From positions 1-48,458 of the forward strand of contig LPNZ01009003.1 in assembly GCA_001655205.1 (NCBI GenBank): 48,458 nucleotides of DNA. The letters run 5' to 3'. This document shows, in pieces, positions 1-14,200 of the stretch. Made by a program: the position numbers and the translations under genes. The stretch comes from Lenisia limosa. Its lineage: Eukaryota > Protista > Breviatea. The notes under the pieces were generated by a model. It did not search any database and was not told the DNA's origin. It worked only from the letters and a program-made list of their open reading frames with translations. Each line of letters starts with the position of its first letter. Position 1 is the first letter of the stretch.

Positions 1-1084
1 TTACACTCATTCGAATCCCACTTTGAGGAGCGAAAGGTAAGTCAAGTTCGGGAATACTCGAACAATGTTGTCCAGGAGCTTTTCGGCAGATTCAATCTAA
101 TGCGTCAAACTGAAACCATCTGACCAATGGTCATGCTGACGTCATAAGATCTCAAATGACCAAAATTAGTACAAAAATGGGCAATAACAATTAATAAAAA
201 AATGGAGCACAAGATGATTGTAGTTTGCAATACCAGTTATGTCGAAATATTGGAATATTTCCCTTACAGATGTGATTTCTTTGCCTTTACTACAACCCAG
301 ATATTATGATGGTTGGGCGAGTTGTTTAAGGGGGCTGGGTTTTCTATTCTTTTTCTTTCTTTAGGTTTAGCACTTCTGCCACTTCGGAAAGTCTGACAAT
401 TGGAAATGTCACGTTTGTTATGCCTTTTTTTTTGTTTTATGAGAGTTATCAATTAAATTGTCGCCACGGAAGCTCACGGATTAAGACCAACTTCATCATG
501 GTTGTTAATACAACGTTGTTTTCCTCATAATATGCTATTTTTTCCATATTGATTCGAACAGACACTGTAAATGCTTACTAACTCCAAAAAACAAGGGATA
601 TTACAAATTAGGACTGAAATAAAAGAAAAGAAGAGAAGAATAAACAACAAATGTGAACTCTGTGAAAGCTCCCCACTTTGGTTGAGTTGATCCATAACGT
701 GCTGAGTGAGAGGCATGGCTCGGTCATAGAATCAAGGAACTNNNNNNNNNNNNNNNNNNNNNNNNNNNNNNNNNNNNNNNNNNNNNNNNNNNNNNNNNNN
801 NNNNNNNNNNNNNNNNNNNNNNNNNNNNNNNNNNNNNNNNNNNNNNNNNNNNNNNNNNNNNNNNNNNNNNNNNNNNNNNNNNNNNNNATTTTGTTACAGC
901 TCAAGTCCAGGCTTTTAATAAGACTGCCATACTTGGCGCTAAGCGCAGACGGGATCGACTCAAGGTCCTGCGACACCATGGACACTGAAGAGCCCTTTTT
1001 CCTGACCTCCACGTCACCAATGTTGAAGACTTCCTCGCGCGGCTGTGGCCGGCGCAATGGCGACTTTGAGAACGCAGTGGACAT
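1..1084 (-). CDS. LRMDA: Leucine-rich repeat protein, LRMDA/C10orf11-like (5' part; gene continues beyond position 1)
   Basis: Exon 1084->677 reads MSTAF...SMVSQDLESIPSALSAKYGSLIKSLDLSCNK[N gap]FLDSMTEPCLSLSTLWINSTK, then donor GTGGGG at 676. Exon 96->22 reads IESAEKLLDNIVRVFPNLTYLSLLK, then donor GTGGGA. The joined text parallels my recollection of LRMDA (AKRLDLSFN...[36 protein letters not shown]). Confidence 0.8.
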
Positions 1085-1799
1085 CTAGGCTGTGAGGACT
1101 GCTGTGCTGTGTACTTCAGGGATTTCACACAAAACAAAAGAAGCTAATATGAGGATACGCTACCAAAACAAGAGGGGCAGCATTTGGAAGACAAATAGCA
1201 GAAAAGGTATTTACAAACCAAAAAAAAACTGAAACAATTCATATCTGTGCCACTAAAATGAAGTCGATGAAGGAAAACAAGGACCACCCTTTTAACACTA
1301 ATCAACTTTCAATACATAATAAACACTCTTCAAACACATTTAATTCCAATTTATGCAGGTTAATCACATCTCTAGCATTGCTCAATTTCAAAAAAGGCCT
1401 GAAAATAGATAGCTTCAGAGCATGAAGGAATAGGAGAAAAAGAGACTTGATCGGATTGTATGTTTGGTTGAGAAAGACCATTTTTAATACATAGATGGAG
1501 GAAAGGATTGGCATGTACGGAGAAGCAAAGAACCAGCAAACATTTTGAGGATGGCAACAGCCACGAATCTAAGAGTGTTTTTCTGCTAATCCCTTCGAAA
1601 TTATTATTTAATTCAGTATATTGTCAATTTAGCGCGGATATAGCTTTTTGGGCATTTTTTCGTTTCGAGCTTATAAGTGATTACTTTTGATTGATTATGG
1701 CTCTTTTGTTGGAAAAAATGTAAATGGTTGTCTGTTTGTCCTCTCTTGTCATAATTAAGGTGTTTTGGAGAGAGAAATAGATAAATATATTTATATAAG

Positions 1800-3233
1800 G
1801 GCAACCGAGGAGCAAAGTCACAATAGCTTTCTTCCATTTTCACCTTCAATCTTCAATTCATTTGTTCAATTGAAAGCCGCTCCATTCCATCTTCAATATC
1901 CTGATGCGATCGTTTCTTCTTTTAGCAATATTTGTAAGCTTTAAATTAAATAAAGAAAAAGTTCTGCCGTTTGTTTATTTTGTTTCGTTTTCATCTGTTT
2001 GACCCTCATAGATTGCTGGACTGATTGCTCCCCTCTGCCTCGCTGCAATGTGGGTGTGGCATTGTCATGAAAATTGGGGATATTCAGTAATAAATGTCAA
2101 CATGTCTCTTCTTTCTTCCACAGAATTTCGTTGACTTAGCTAATATTGGGCTTACTTTCTCTTAGTATGTTTTGTTTTTTCTTTCTTTCTCCCACACCAG
2201 CCGTCGGCACGGAGGAATAAGCAATGACCTTGATAAATGGAATGATGTTTATGGCGTAACCTAAACACAACTTTTTATTATTTGTCTTCTTTTATATTGA
2301 GTGCTGGTAGAAAAACAATCAACGGTACAGTTGATTTTAACTTGTTTTCTTCTTTCAGATCACAGATCCATTTGTTAATAAATGCTAGCATAACCTTTAT
2401 GACATTAGCCTCCCTGAGGGAACGAAAAGCGACACCCCCACAGACAGTAGCCCAAGTAACGTCGTGTCAAATAAGGAGTATCTGGATAACGTGGTATGTG
2501 GACTCTTGAACCTTTACCATTGGTTTTCTTGTTGGTTTCCTTAGTATATATCATATAATTATCTGCTACACGATTATGTATGATGTCCTATTATTGTTGT
2601 TCTTTTGTCCTCCTGTTCAATCAGCAAGATATTAGAATGAGTCATTATTGAGAGGTGAAATAATAATGGGAGCTGTACACCACTATTCAAGAAACCTATC
2701 AAACGGAACAATCTGACCGTTTCAGTTGCAAAATACCCTCAACACCATCCAAGTTAGTGAGGATCAAACTCAGGCAGCCAAAGAAACATATGTCAAAAGT
2801 TGGGGGATGGAGGGTATTGTTCTTTGGTGTCAAATTTCGCTACTTCTTCCATGATCGGATACGGCTCTTCTCTCTCCTGAGGACTGTGACTAACCTGACC
2901 GTCCTGTTTTGTTTTTCAAACCTACGTAGTATATATGATATGATATAGTATATTACTACGTGTAATAAGATGATATGATCCCATAATCTCCCCTTGACCC
3001 AAAAGGAGTAACCTGTGCAACCGGACCTCTTGTGGAAGGCGGCCTGGGTGTGTACGATATTACCCGACGTTACGTCAAAAATGGTGTTGTTTTCTTGGAA
3101 CTCAATGACGGAACTGCCAAAGTGGGGGGGGGGTGCTGCTAAATGGGGATGTTGGCTGATCTTTTTGTTCCCCAAATGACCTCCCTAGATATACAGGTGT
3201 GATCCCTCAGTAGGAACCTGGACTGTTGTTTAG
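1800..3233 (+). CDS. Multi-exon protein of unknown function with an N-terminal hydrophobic segment (start codon uncertain)
   Basis: Phase-compatible GT-AG exons: ..1933, 2012-2053, 2124-2164, 2201-2255, 2366-2455, 2673-2751 (weak acceptor), 3006-3121, 3189-3233. They give ...PDAIVSSLAIFIAGLIAPLCLAAMWNFVDLANIGLTFSYRRHGGISNDLDKWNDVYG...VTCATGPLVEGGLGVYDITRRYVKNGVVFLELNDGTAKIYRCDPSVGTWTVV*. No family recognised. Confidence 0.55.
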
Positions 3234-3390
3234 CCTATTTATTTGATGTATACTATATTTTGTAAGCCTGTCATTCAGTTTAGTACACTGATAAACATGA
3301 TAAATCTTGTAAACAAATATGATACTGATGCTTTTGACCTATGGGAAAGTGTAAAAATGGCTGAAAGAAAGAATGAATAAGAAACAAGAA

Positions 3391-4804
3391 TTACATATTA
3401 TAACGCTTCTCCATGGCCGCACAAAAGTTCACATTACGTTCGAATGGGCCTGGGTAATGGGTTATTATAATTAATTGACCGCACAATATACACGAAGTTT
3501 AGACCGAAGCCATCCATATTATCAAGATTCTTGAAAAAGAGAACATACTTTTTGAAAAAAATAAGTACAACATTTTAATAGGATATCAAACTGGTCAAAG
3601 GTACAGTGATCGGGATAAGTCTTGACCGATTTTCCTTGGGAAATCACATAGCAAATCGGTCAAATCCCAGTCATTGTAAATGTCCAGCAAATCGTGCTTA
3701 AAAAAAAGTCCCAAAGGATTAAACGATTAAATTGAAACAGACTGCTTAATTAACTAAAATCAAAATCGACCCCCTGCTTAATTAACTAAAATCGACCCCC
3801 CTCCCGACCTGGTAAGTAGTCTTCAAAGTCAACTGAATGTGCTTTACCCATTGCAATGTCATATGAAACCTGTAGTATTGAGAAGCGGTCGGCAAATGGG
3901 AATAATCCGACTTGTAATATTGCTAGTAGTGAAAATAAATCAAAAAAAAAAAAAGATACCTCAGTTGTATCTCGTTAGTACTCTCAAATCCCAAAAATAA
4001 TCCCGTAGTTATATTCTACAGTTGTACTACTAAGTGATATAAAACAAATCAGCAGCATTTAGACTCCAAATACAAACTCAGAAAACTACACAAAAAAATT
4101 AAAGCTTGACATTTCTTTCTTGTGACCAATGCTGCTACCAAACGCAAAGGGTTGTCAAAGAAATCAAACCCCCCCCCCCTCCCATACGCTCGAAGACGGG
4201 AGTGTGGGCCCTNNNNNNNNNNNNNNNNNNNNNNNNNNNNNNNNNNNNNNNNNNNNCTTTGACACTGCAATGAGTTTCTCCACCATTTGTCCGTGCCCCC
4301 TGCCGTGCATGCGGAATGCAGTGGCTATCGCCTCCTTCTCCGTCACTTCATGGAGCTAAAAAAACATTAAATAGAATGTTGGTCTTTGAGAAACAAATAT
4401 AAGAGGCTTGATGTATCATCAAACGCCTGCTATATGACTAATTTGAAAGGATGCTCATTCACTATTCACTATTAATAAATGATAAGGATTCTGAGAAGAG
4501 ATCCGGAACCTTTCCAGAAAAAAGGGACAAACTAAAAGGAGTAGCAATACCATCCTTAATATCCCTTCACAACATCAAAATTCAGTTATTTTGAACCAAA
4601 TGCTCAGAGGGGAAGCTCAAACACAAGTTCTCAAACCTTTCCAATAGTGCCTTCAAGAGGGTGGGGTGCTGAGTTGGCAAACTTCAAGGTGGTGTGCTCG
4701 CCAGCCAAAGCTTCTTTGTTAAGGGACGCCTTCACAACAGGAAGTCGAGTACCGTCAGGCAGAGGCATATGGGTTGGGGACCCCAAAGAAGGAATATTGT
4801 TCAT
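3391..4804 (-). CDS. POMP: Proteasome maturation factor UMP1/POMP
   Basis: Four phase-compatible exons (4804-4637, 4355-4188 across an N gap, 3869-3809, 3449-3391): MNNIPSLG...SAPHPLEGTIGK LHEVTEKEAIATAFRMHGRGHGQMVEKL...GPTLPSSS VSYDIAMGKAHSVDFEDYLP GPFERNVNFCAAMEKRYNM*. It has the HPLE motif, the LPSS..D...G....I/V.FED.L motif and the terminal MEK of UMP1, at about 150 aa. Confidence 0.9.
3611..3678 (+). repeat. Small hairpin repeat family B, copy 1 (POMP intron 3)
   Basis: cgggataagtcttgaccgattttccttgggaaatcacatagcaaatcggtcaa has 11-bp inverted arms (ttgaccgattt/aaatcggtcaa) and is homologous to 20703-20774. Confidence 0.8.
3742..3801. repeat. Tandem duplication, 2 copies of ~27-32 bp
   Basis: tgcttaattaactaaaat(caaaat)cgaccccc occurs twice, just inside the POMP intron 3 donor. 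Confidence 0.9.
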
Positions 4805-5231
4805 CTAAAGTGTCACTTGGGCATTATTTATGTTATTACAATAATAAATGTTATTATTAAACGCTTAGAATTGCAATTCTTACCTTTGGGACTTTCAACA
4901 AATTCAACAGTTGCCTTCTTTCCAAAATATATATGAATTAATTAATAATATAATATCTTAATATCTTTTATTAATATCTGATAATATCTAAATATGTATT
5001 TTTTTCCGCGGCCAGTGCCCATAATCTTTTGATCAAATCCCCCGCAAAAACCCTGCGCCTTTCTCGTCCTTTTTGCCCCTTCTTCCCTCCTTCCACCTTT
5101 CCATTATGTTCGCGTACTCTCTTTTGAAGTAGTCGTCCATCAAGAAGAAGGAAGACACCCGCTAAGAAATATCCCCTAATCTGTCTGAGAATCACAAAAC
5201 GGTAAAATGATTTGACCTGGCTAATACGAGC

Positions 5232-8200
5232 ATGACAGTAGGACATCTTCATGGTATGTATGGAGATATGATGCGGCTCGTTTGCATTATGTCAGACTGG
5301 TTATTGTTGAATATTACATTTGTTATCCCATAGGACTACTTGTCATCCTCACAACGCTACTGGCACTGACGGCGTGTCATCCGGTCGTCTTCAGTGTCCA
5401 TGGTGGAGACCTTGTGTACAACCACAAAACTGGATGCGCCCCACCAGGAGGCCCCTCCCTGGGTCTTGATGATGGCTTCTTTTTAGGTTTGTTCGATTAT
5501 GGTTACACTTATCCACTTTTTGTGACCCCTGTTCTCTTTGTCTCAGTATTTATCTCCTGCAGACGGTAGCATGTTCCCAACCACTTGCAATGATTTGCCT
5601 GGGGATACTGCACATGGAGTGACGTAAGGGGGATAGTGATGACAGGACTGTAAAATGAGGCCAAATTCAACTGGAGCTGATGAGTTGACAGTTTTGTGAT
5701 GGGATATGTAGGCATTGAGAAATAAAAAAAAACAAGGTTTTATCTGTCCGAAGCCGTATCCACCATCATGCTATCAGAGATATTGAATTATAGTATAATA
5801 TTAATTCACCCAATCTTGCCTTACAACTCTGTGCACGCCATTATAAAGGGATTATTATGTGACACGTACAGGATAATGTTCAGCGTCCCCCCAGGTGCAT
5901 CTACCAGTACCAGTTTCCTGAGCGTGTTGAGTTTGTTTGATTTTGGTACGCTGAGTGGGCTGGATTAACAATGGAACGATGGGATCGTGTGGCACTGTAA
6001 CCATCCCAGAATCAAGCGTTCCAGTGGTCCAGTTCCTGCTTTCGGAAACTGAAGCAAAGATTGTAGTCGCCAAAGAAACGGGGGTTTATTCCGAGACGTT
6101 TCCATTTGAGGTTGGATATTACTGTCATTTTGAATGGTTTTCTTCATGATAACTCACACAGTGGATTGGGATCTGCTCATTTTGAATTTGTCAAAAATAG
6201 TGATATACTTGTATACATGTATACATATTAAATAGTATCATATGTATATTTAATTTTTACTTCTTCTTATTTACCTCCACTCCAGCGCAACAAGTTGTAT
6301 CATGTGTCTTTTCACTCCTATTTCTTTGAAGGAAACTCAATGTAAGAGGTGAATTTCCTTGATTATTGGATATTTATATGTCAATTATAATGAACTGAAT
6401 CCGTTCCAAAAGAAATTTAGATTTCTTAACTCCTCTTCAGGATTTCTGTAATTACTCCCTTCTCCGGGAAAGCTTGGCAAAACAGTGCGTACTCATTTTT
6501 TCGAATTTTTGCCGGTAGGAATGGTATTTGCTGACATATGAATCATGAAAGTTAAGAATGATGATATTCTCAGTAGGACAGCTCGTATGATCTATTTGAA
6601 TCAGTTACCCTTAGAAGCACAACTGGGATTATAAAAGGAACAGTTCACAAATAAGACAGGGAAAAAATACGGGAACACGTTTATATGAGAATATCGAGGT
6701 GAACTCCAGTTGGAACATAGGATATTGAAACACTTCAAAATTAAACTATCTTCTGACTATCAGTGCCACTAATTGAGCTGAATTACCTCTCAATTGGCCG
6801 GCTCACGGACTATATCTGTGATACAAAGACCGGTTAGTGAGGCTGCCGTTTAGTTCATGTTGCACATTGCTGCCAAACAATAATACTGTTTAGCTAACAT
6901 GCGCACCTTCGAAACTATTTCACTAGCATCATACAACGATATTGTGGTAGGCTCTGGAATTCATCATATCGATCATATCCAAATCTTAGATTTTTGTAAG
7001 AATCACATCAAAATGCTTTTTCTTATTTTTGTCATAATGCGTTTTCTTGTGTTCTCAAAGAAGGCCATCTTTTAACACAATACCCACCGCACAGGAGTCA
7101 CCTACATGTATTGTTGGACAGTACAAGTCAGAGTACTTCCCATACAGCGTTCCTCTGAGCCAATGGAACGTTTCCACGAAAACCTTCAGTTTACAGAAGT
7201 TACCTTCTTGCATTGGTAAGGACATTGGATACATTATAAATGCATACTGATATGTGTTTTGCAGCGGTCTTACAACATCTTTAGAGTGCGCCATTGACGC
7301 TACATGTGATGGAAATAGCATGACCAGATGTGAAGGAGGAACCGTTTCAGCGAATACTTGCACTTTGGTATGTTTTTTTGGAGGGGGGGGGGGGNNNNNN
7401 NNNNNNNNNNNNNNNNNNNNNNNNNNNNNNNNNNNNNNNNNNNNNNNNNNNNNNNNNNNNNNNNNNNNNNNNNNNNNNNNNNNNNNNNNNNNNNNNNNNN
7501 NNNNNNNNNNNNNNNNGCTGTAGTGCCCCTCAGGTCTCACTGAATGGAAAGGAACCGATTGGTTTGGGGTGCAAATGTCAACATTTGGGGGGTACGGTGG
7601 TCATTTGTTACTGAAATAACTTCCAAAAAAATAAAAAATTCTGAATGCATTTTCATTATTTCTTGATCTTATTATATCGTTTTGATGAAAATGAAGGGAC
7701 AAGCAAGTGTTTTGTGTTTTATACTAATCTATTTAGTTCATGCACACATGGCTTCTATTATGATTACTACAAAAATTCATGTCNNNNNNNNNNNNNNNNN
7801 NNNNNNNNNNNNNNNNNNNNNGGGGAATCAATGTGATAGGATTGATCAAGAATCAGTGGGATAATATTGACTTATTTTTAGAATGCCCCGCCAACTCTGT
7901 TCGTGAGAGTGTTCCTGTCTGTATGAGGGCTGAGTTATAGATTTCGTTTTCAAATTACATGTCCACTAATTGTTTTAAAAAATGCTATCTTGGAAAGGAA
8001 GGGTAATAACCCCAACAATTCGAAGACTTTTAGCTGAATTGCTTTTCATTTTGTCAATTAAAATTAAAATGGTAAATGACCAATCAGTTAGTAGAAGAGA
8101 CATATCAACAGTCAAGGCCAAGAGACATGGCGATTTAAACTATGGACCTTGTCCCAAATTCATAATAGTGAGTGAAGGCACCATTGCTTCGTCTTTTTTG

Positions 8201-11200
8201 CAGACAAACAAGGTGCTGTTTTCCATTTGTACTCTTTCAATTGAGCTGACTTTTACACTACTAGCTTCCAACTGACGATTCGCGAAACGACGAAAACTGT
8301 TTCCCTTGTACAGGCAACAGGGTACCCGATGCTGAGCAGCGAGTATGTCTTGATTGTGCTGAGCGACAAGTGACACATGACAATATTCAATGGTGGGCTT
8401 TGGACAGGAGGCCCTCTCGATTGACACTCATTTCATAAAAAGGCTAAATTTTAACCTCGTTATTTACTGCCTGGAAGGATTTCATAACTTATGGATACCA
8501 TAGTCTTATGGCGATATTTTACAACATGAAAACATGTATAATAGTTAACAAAGTAGCCATTGCGAGCAGGGCAGAGGCGGATTCCCCGTATGTGACCGTT
8601 GCCTTCCTTTGGAGTTCAGCCAAAATGGTATCTGTGTCCCGTGTCCCGCCGGTGAGGTTCCAGACCCTGATGGCATCGGATGTGAAGAGGTTCGTTTTGC
8701 TACGACTATTATCGGCATAATCTGTGGATTTAATAGTCTTTTGACTTGATACCGATGATACAAAAGCCTTCCCCCAATGTCATGTTAACCATGTAGTGTC
8801 CACAACACAGCTCCCCAAACCCAAACACAGGACTCTGGTATGTGACATCTCTGAAAATGATTCAAATGCTCCGAGTCCTTTTGTTTATCATTCAGTGAAT
8901 GTGAAGCTGGGTACTACCTCTTTGGAATATGCAACATATGCCCAATTGGTAGGCGCACAAGGTGGTTTTTATTTAGTTTTAGCTTTGTTCGTGTTTATTA
9001 TTGCTTGTTATAGTTTATTTGTTTGGAGTTTCAGATTATTCGCTTCGTGATTAGTGCCTTTACGCCAATATTCTTCATCAAAATTTCCTTCGTTTTACCC
9101 NNNNNNNNNNNNNNNNNNNNNNNNNNNNNNNNNNNNNNNNNNNNNNNNNNNNNNNNNNNNNNNNNNNNNNNNNNAGATACCAAACAGCGCATTTATTTGA
9201 GTTATTTTGGCCATCCAGGTCAGTACCTGTCTGAAGAAGGAGGCTGCAAGTATTGTTCAAAGGACCCTTTATCGCCCTTCTATGGTGTGACTAACGGTAT
9301 CGACCCAGCTGTCAATTGCACCAAGGTTCGGGGCTCTTCTTGTGCTGCCGTTTTAGTGGACATGGTCTGCTTCTTATTTTAGACAAACAAAACCGACGCA
9401 TAATAATTACGTCCAATAAGTTGATAACGTTGTTTTGTTTGGGATAGCAACACAAAGGAATTCAAAAATAACATTGCAGTGTACCAATGGCGCAATCCCA
9501 AACAGTAAGAACTCCTTCTGCGAGTGCCCCGCCGGCTATGAACCAAAAGCTGATGGTAGGCAATTGGGAACTCAGCATCAGATTATTGATCATATGAATC
9601 AATGGTATTTACTGTGTATTGTTTTATTTACCGTCTGTTTTCGCAATCTTGGGAGAGTGTTGACCCAGTAGGTTGTCAGATATGTGGTAGCGGATTATAC
9701 TCCAAACAAGGTGACTTGAAGTGTGAAGTTTGAGGGTTATTGAGGAGGTGGTATATTACAACTCTGGCCTACAGATACTTGGTGGCCTCTGTGGGAATAC
9801 TACAGTTCTTGAATCCCTCCATAAGATGTGCTGATAATAGACTGTGTTGGTCATCAGCTCATTTCGATGCCATTTTTGTCTTGTAGCGTGGAGAACCCAA
9901 TTAATGAGTTCAGCCCTGCTCTTCAGGCTATTGCGACTCCGAAGGCTCAACGTCCGTTACAATGGTGAGTGTGATTTTTGAACTTAATCAGGATAAGACC
10001 ATGAGTTTCTTCTTTTAACTCTTTAGTGTGGGCTAGATTTTACGATACCCTCTGTTCCCCCTTACAACTCCTCAAGCACATGGTAGGAGGAGTTCAGATA
10101 CAACAAAAGACTTGAGAAGTTAAAGCATCACCCTTTCCCTCTGGAGTTTTGGAAATGACACTGAAATATCGATATTAGGGAGATTCCCAAAGTTATTGTT
10201 TGTATTAAACGGTCAGTCAGTGCCCAATTGGAATGAAGCTCTCCGGCGCTCACTGTGTCGACTGTCTTCCAGGAACCCATGCGACTGCTGCGGGTGGGCG
10301 ATCTGTCAGAGAAACATAAATTTGTTACTATCTAAAGACCTTGATTTTCCACTGCCTCTTAATTAATCAATCATCATCTCTCTTCATGTTCCGACCACAT
10401 CTAGGAATATGCAATCCGTGTCCGGCTGGCATGTGGAATGACGACGGAGTCCCAGGTCAATGTTTTGTGGTGGGTGGAGGCAACTGCTGCTCTCCTTGAA
10501 TTTTATCAACAATTTTTAAACCAATATGAGTCATCTATAAAAATGCTCTTCGAAGAGTCGGCATATATTATTAGATACTATGTAGTTAGTATATGACATA
10601 ACATATTATTACATATTTTATACATATTATACATATAGATATACATGTATATATACGACATGTATATGATGGTCACCACTAACTCATTCCTTTCACTGAG
10701 GTTCTCAAAACTACGTGTGCTATCTCAACCATTTCAGTGTCCGCCAATGGCCACATCAGATGGGTCTGATAGAGTAGGCCTGAAAAGCTGTTTATGTAGT
10801 GAAGCTGACGAGATTCCCCAGGTTCGTTAGTCTTTTCTCTTAATTACTTTATAAAGTGATTTTTTTTTTGAAAATATTTGTTTCTGAGTTACTGGTTTAG
10901 TTTTTCCCCTTCTTCCCATGGAGTGTATGTGGGACGTGCCGTCCAGGTAGGAAAGCAAGACGATGTACCCCATGATCGCAATTAGGCACGGAGCGAAACC
11001 CTGTGGCAAACACGTGTGACGTCTGCCCCCCTTCAACGTTTAACCCGATTCATGATGGGTCTTGTCTCAGTGTAGGTTTTAATAACCTATACTGTATGTA
11101 CCTCTTTTTGCTAGTGTCTTTTTGAGTCTCTTGAACCTATTTACTTTACCCCAACAGTGTCCCAATGAACGCAACATCACACTCTCCGACTCGCCTCTTG

Positions 11201-14200
11201 ACCACGACTCCATCATGGACTGGTATGGCTTCTATTGTCCCCTGATAAAGAGTTCCCAATAGAATAATACATATAATTACATACTATAGGTATAAAGAAC
11301 CTCTCTTCAATATGGTCTTTTGATTGATTCATCGCCACCCAGCAAATGTCCCCTGAATTACGAGCCGTTTGGAGTTAACCAGTGTCGCCAATGTTTAATT
11401 GGTATGGGTTTGGTTCTAAATACTCTTTTTAAGCATTACCAATTGTAACATAGATATTCACTATCTTGAATAATTGTATTTTAGGCTTCAGTCGAACATC
11501 GCAGTCAATGACTTCATGCATTTGGGATATCCAGCGGTATTCCTCTTCGTTAGACTCCTCCCTTCACCAATGCCCAAGTCCTTCCCAGGTTTGCTCCTTT
11601 TTATTTCACATGTTGCATGTGGGATATGAGGTGACGCGTCATCGGAATATCATATACTAGCTATAATGAGAAAATATGAATACACCACTTTTAGGATCAT
11701 TTTCACACGTGTGAACTATCATTTTCCACGCAGTGATATCCACTCGTATGTAATTAACCGACAAGTCTCCATGACACTTTGATACACGGGATTAACCCTC
11801 GTGTTATCTTCGCTCATCATTTCATAAGTGGATATGGGTTATCATATGTCATCAAAGATATATCATATCATAGGTGTACTATTTATGCTATGTCGTAACC
11901 ATAGTGTGCAGCCAGATATTACCTTGTTTTATTTCTCATTTCTACATGCAAATTGATTTCGCTCCATGACCCCTCCAGAGTCTTCCTTTGGTTGTTCGCG
12001 GAGTCCAGAGCTGCGTTTGTGATTGGGGCACATATGCATCTGAGTCATCTGATTCCTGTCTGTCTTGTCCTGCTGGCACTATCCGCGGCCCCTCCACTGG
12101 TTTGCGTAAAAGGCGCATTGGAATAATACAAATATGTTTTCTACAATGTCACGTCCCCCTAAACCCACCAATGCATTTTGACGGATTATCACGGCTTTGA
12201 TGCAATGCCTGGGTTGGGTTCCTGTTTTTCTTGTTTCACTATGCAGTCCCATTTCACTCATAGTTTGACAGGTCCATGGTCGGGGTGTATCCCTTGTAAT
12301 CCCCTGGTTACCATTGACAGCATTTCATGCACTCTGCCAAACGTTATTGGAAGCTATGTCCCCTCCGGCGTTGTGGCGACGAATAACAACACGTAACAGG
12401 GCAGTGCAGTTTTAGAACAATTTTTTCAATGTTTTTGTGTATTTCGTGTTTCAGTTGCTGTTTGAAGTCTTTTGTATTTCGTATTTCAGTTGCTTGAAGT
12501 CTTTTGTATTTCGTATTTTAGTTGCTGCTTGGATGCAATAAACCCATTATTTATATATTTCTTCTTTTCTAATCTTCAGGCGGTGTCCTGCAGGCTCTTA
12601 CCGCCAACCAACAGAATGCATGGTTTGGGGGGGTTCTGGCCTCCTAATGTTCCTGTTTTGACGTGAGTCTACGTTTTGCTTTGCGATAATATGTTGTAGG
12701 TGGCCGACACTGGTTTTTTTGCTGACGGGTACGATTCCAGCCCCTGCCCCATCGGACAGTTTAACCCTTACAAGGGTGCAGATGAATGCTTAAATGTAGG
12801 AAATGATGCCTTAAATATTGTAATAATACACATAACGTATCAATAATACAGAAAATTTGAATAATTGAAATCCCATATTAATAGTTTCAATGGTGGCATA
12901 ATTGAATAAGTGGTAGAAATATCACACGAATATCCCAAAACCAAAGCGTATGCGTATGATATCACATTCTTTAGCTTCCGAACAATACAGTTAACAGCAT
13001 TGCTCCTTACACGACTTGGAGGTGCGAAGATGGCTTTGCAGGAGCTGACTGCTCCACTCGTGCAACAAAGGTTTGGGGCATCCCTCCGTGGCGTGTTGTT
13101 TGCTTAGTCTTGAACTCACTTTCAAGAGCTACTACACCACAAATAACGTCTTACGTCACGCCCCACTCTATGCCTATTCTGACACTGATAATGCCGTAAG
13201 AGGGTATTCAACTGTGTTCTTTTTGGCTTTCTTTATTTGCTTAACATTATGATGATGTTTCTAGGATACGTCTACATTAAAAACCTGTCCCTCCCCCCTC
13301 ACCGGAAGGAAATTGCTCTATGATGGCATGCGAGATTCATTGAGACACGCGTGTTTCTGTGACTTCGGCCAATACGCCTTCCAAACGAGTGAAATGGAGG
13401 TTGAATGTCTGACTGCCCCTGCCGATATTGTGGGTCTTAATATGGGGATTTTGCTGATTGAAATTGAACCCCCGTCATTCTTGTTGAAATGCGGCTCTTG
13501 CTTCATAACAATTTTATTCATGCATTGTTTAAACCTTTTTGTTTGATAATGATTGTTTAAACCTTTTTGTTTGATAATGCATTGTTTTAACCTTTTTTTT
13601 GATAATGCATGTTTTAACCTTTTTGTTTGATAACAGAAAACTTATTAGCAAAACGAAACAACCACGAGGAAAAACGAGGGGTAATTCGAATGGACAACAC
13701 TGGAGTCGAGATTTTTCGACTTTCCAGTAGTTTTTGGAAACATACAGTAATTTCCTAGGGGAATTTTTTCTTTCTTTTCTACCGCAACGGTGACCCCCTC
13801 CCTCAGCCCATACACCATCGTATCACTCGAGATATGTGGGTGGAGCCTTGTCCTGTCGGAACAAGAGGACACACAAGTCTTGAGTATTGTGTACCTTGTG
13901 ACCTGCCTTATGAAATTGCCGACGGTGACAATAAGGTGATTGGAATCTTAGATATTGTGATAGATATGACATGGCGTTATTATTAACTTCAATAAATCAC
14001 AAGTCATATCTCATGGTTACATATCACAGACGAGATAAGGCAAAAATGTCTATTTTTACACTAATACATTGACTGATATCAAATATCTCTTTATTTAAAC
14101 TAGTTTCAAGCCATTATTTACAGCTCATCATTGACTCTGTCGCAGGCTTTGAAGGTATCTAACACATCTCAGTATGGCTGCATTATAGCCCCAGGCTTAG

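Noticed and set aside
121-180. TGACGTCA plus atgaccaaaattagtac in the LRMDA intron, resembling the interior of the foldback element (44686, 44952)
   Set aside because: The matches are short and AT-rich with different spacing, so they cannot be separated from chance without a genome-wide search.
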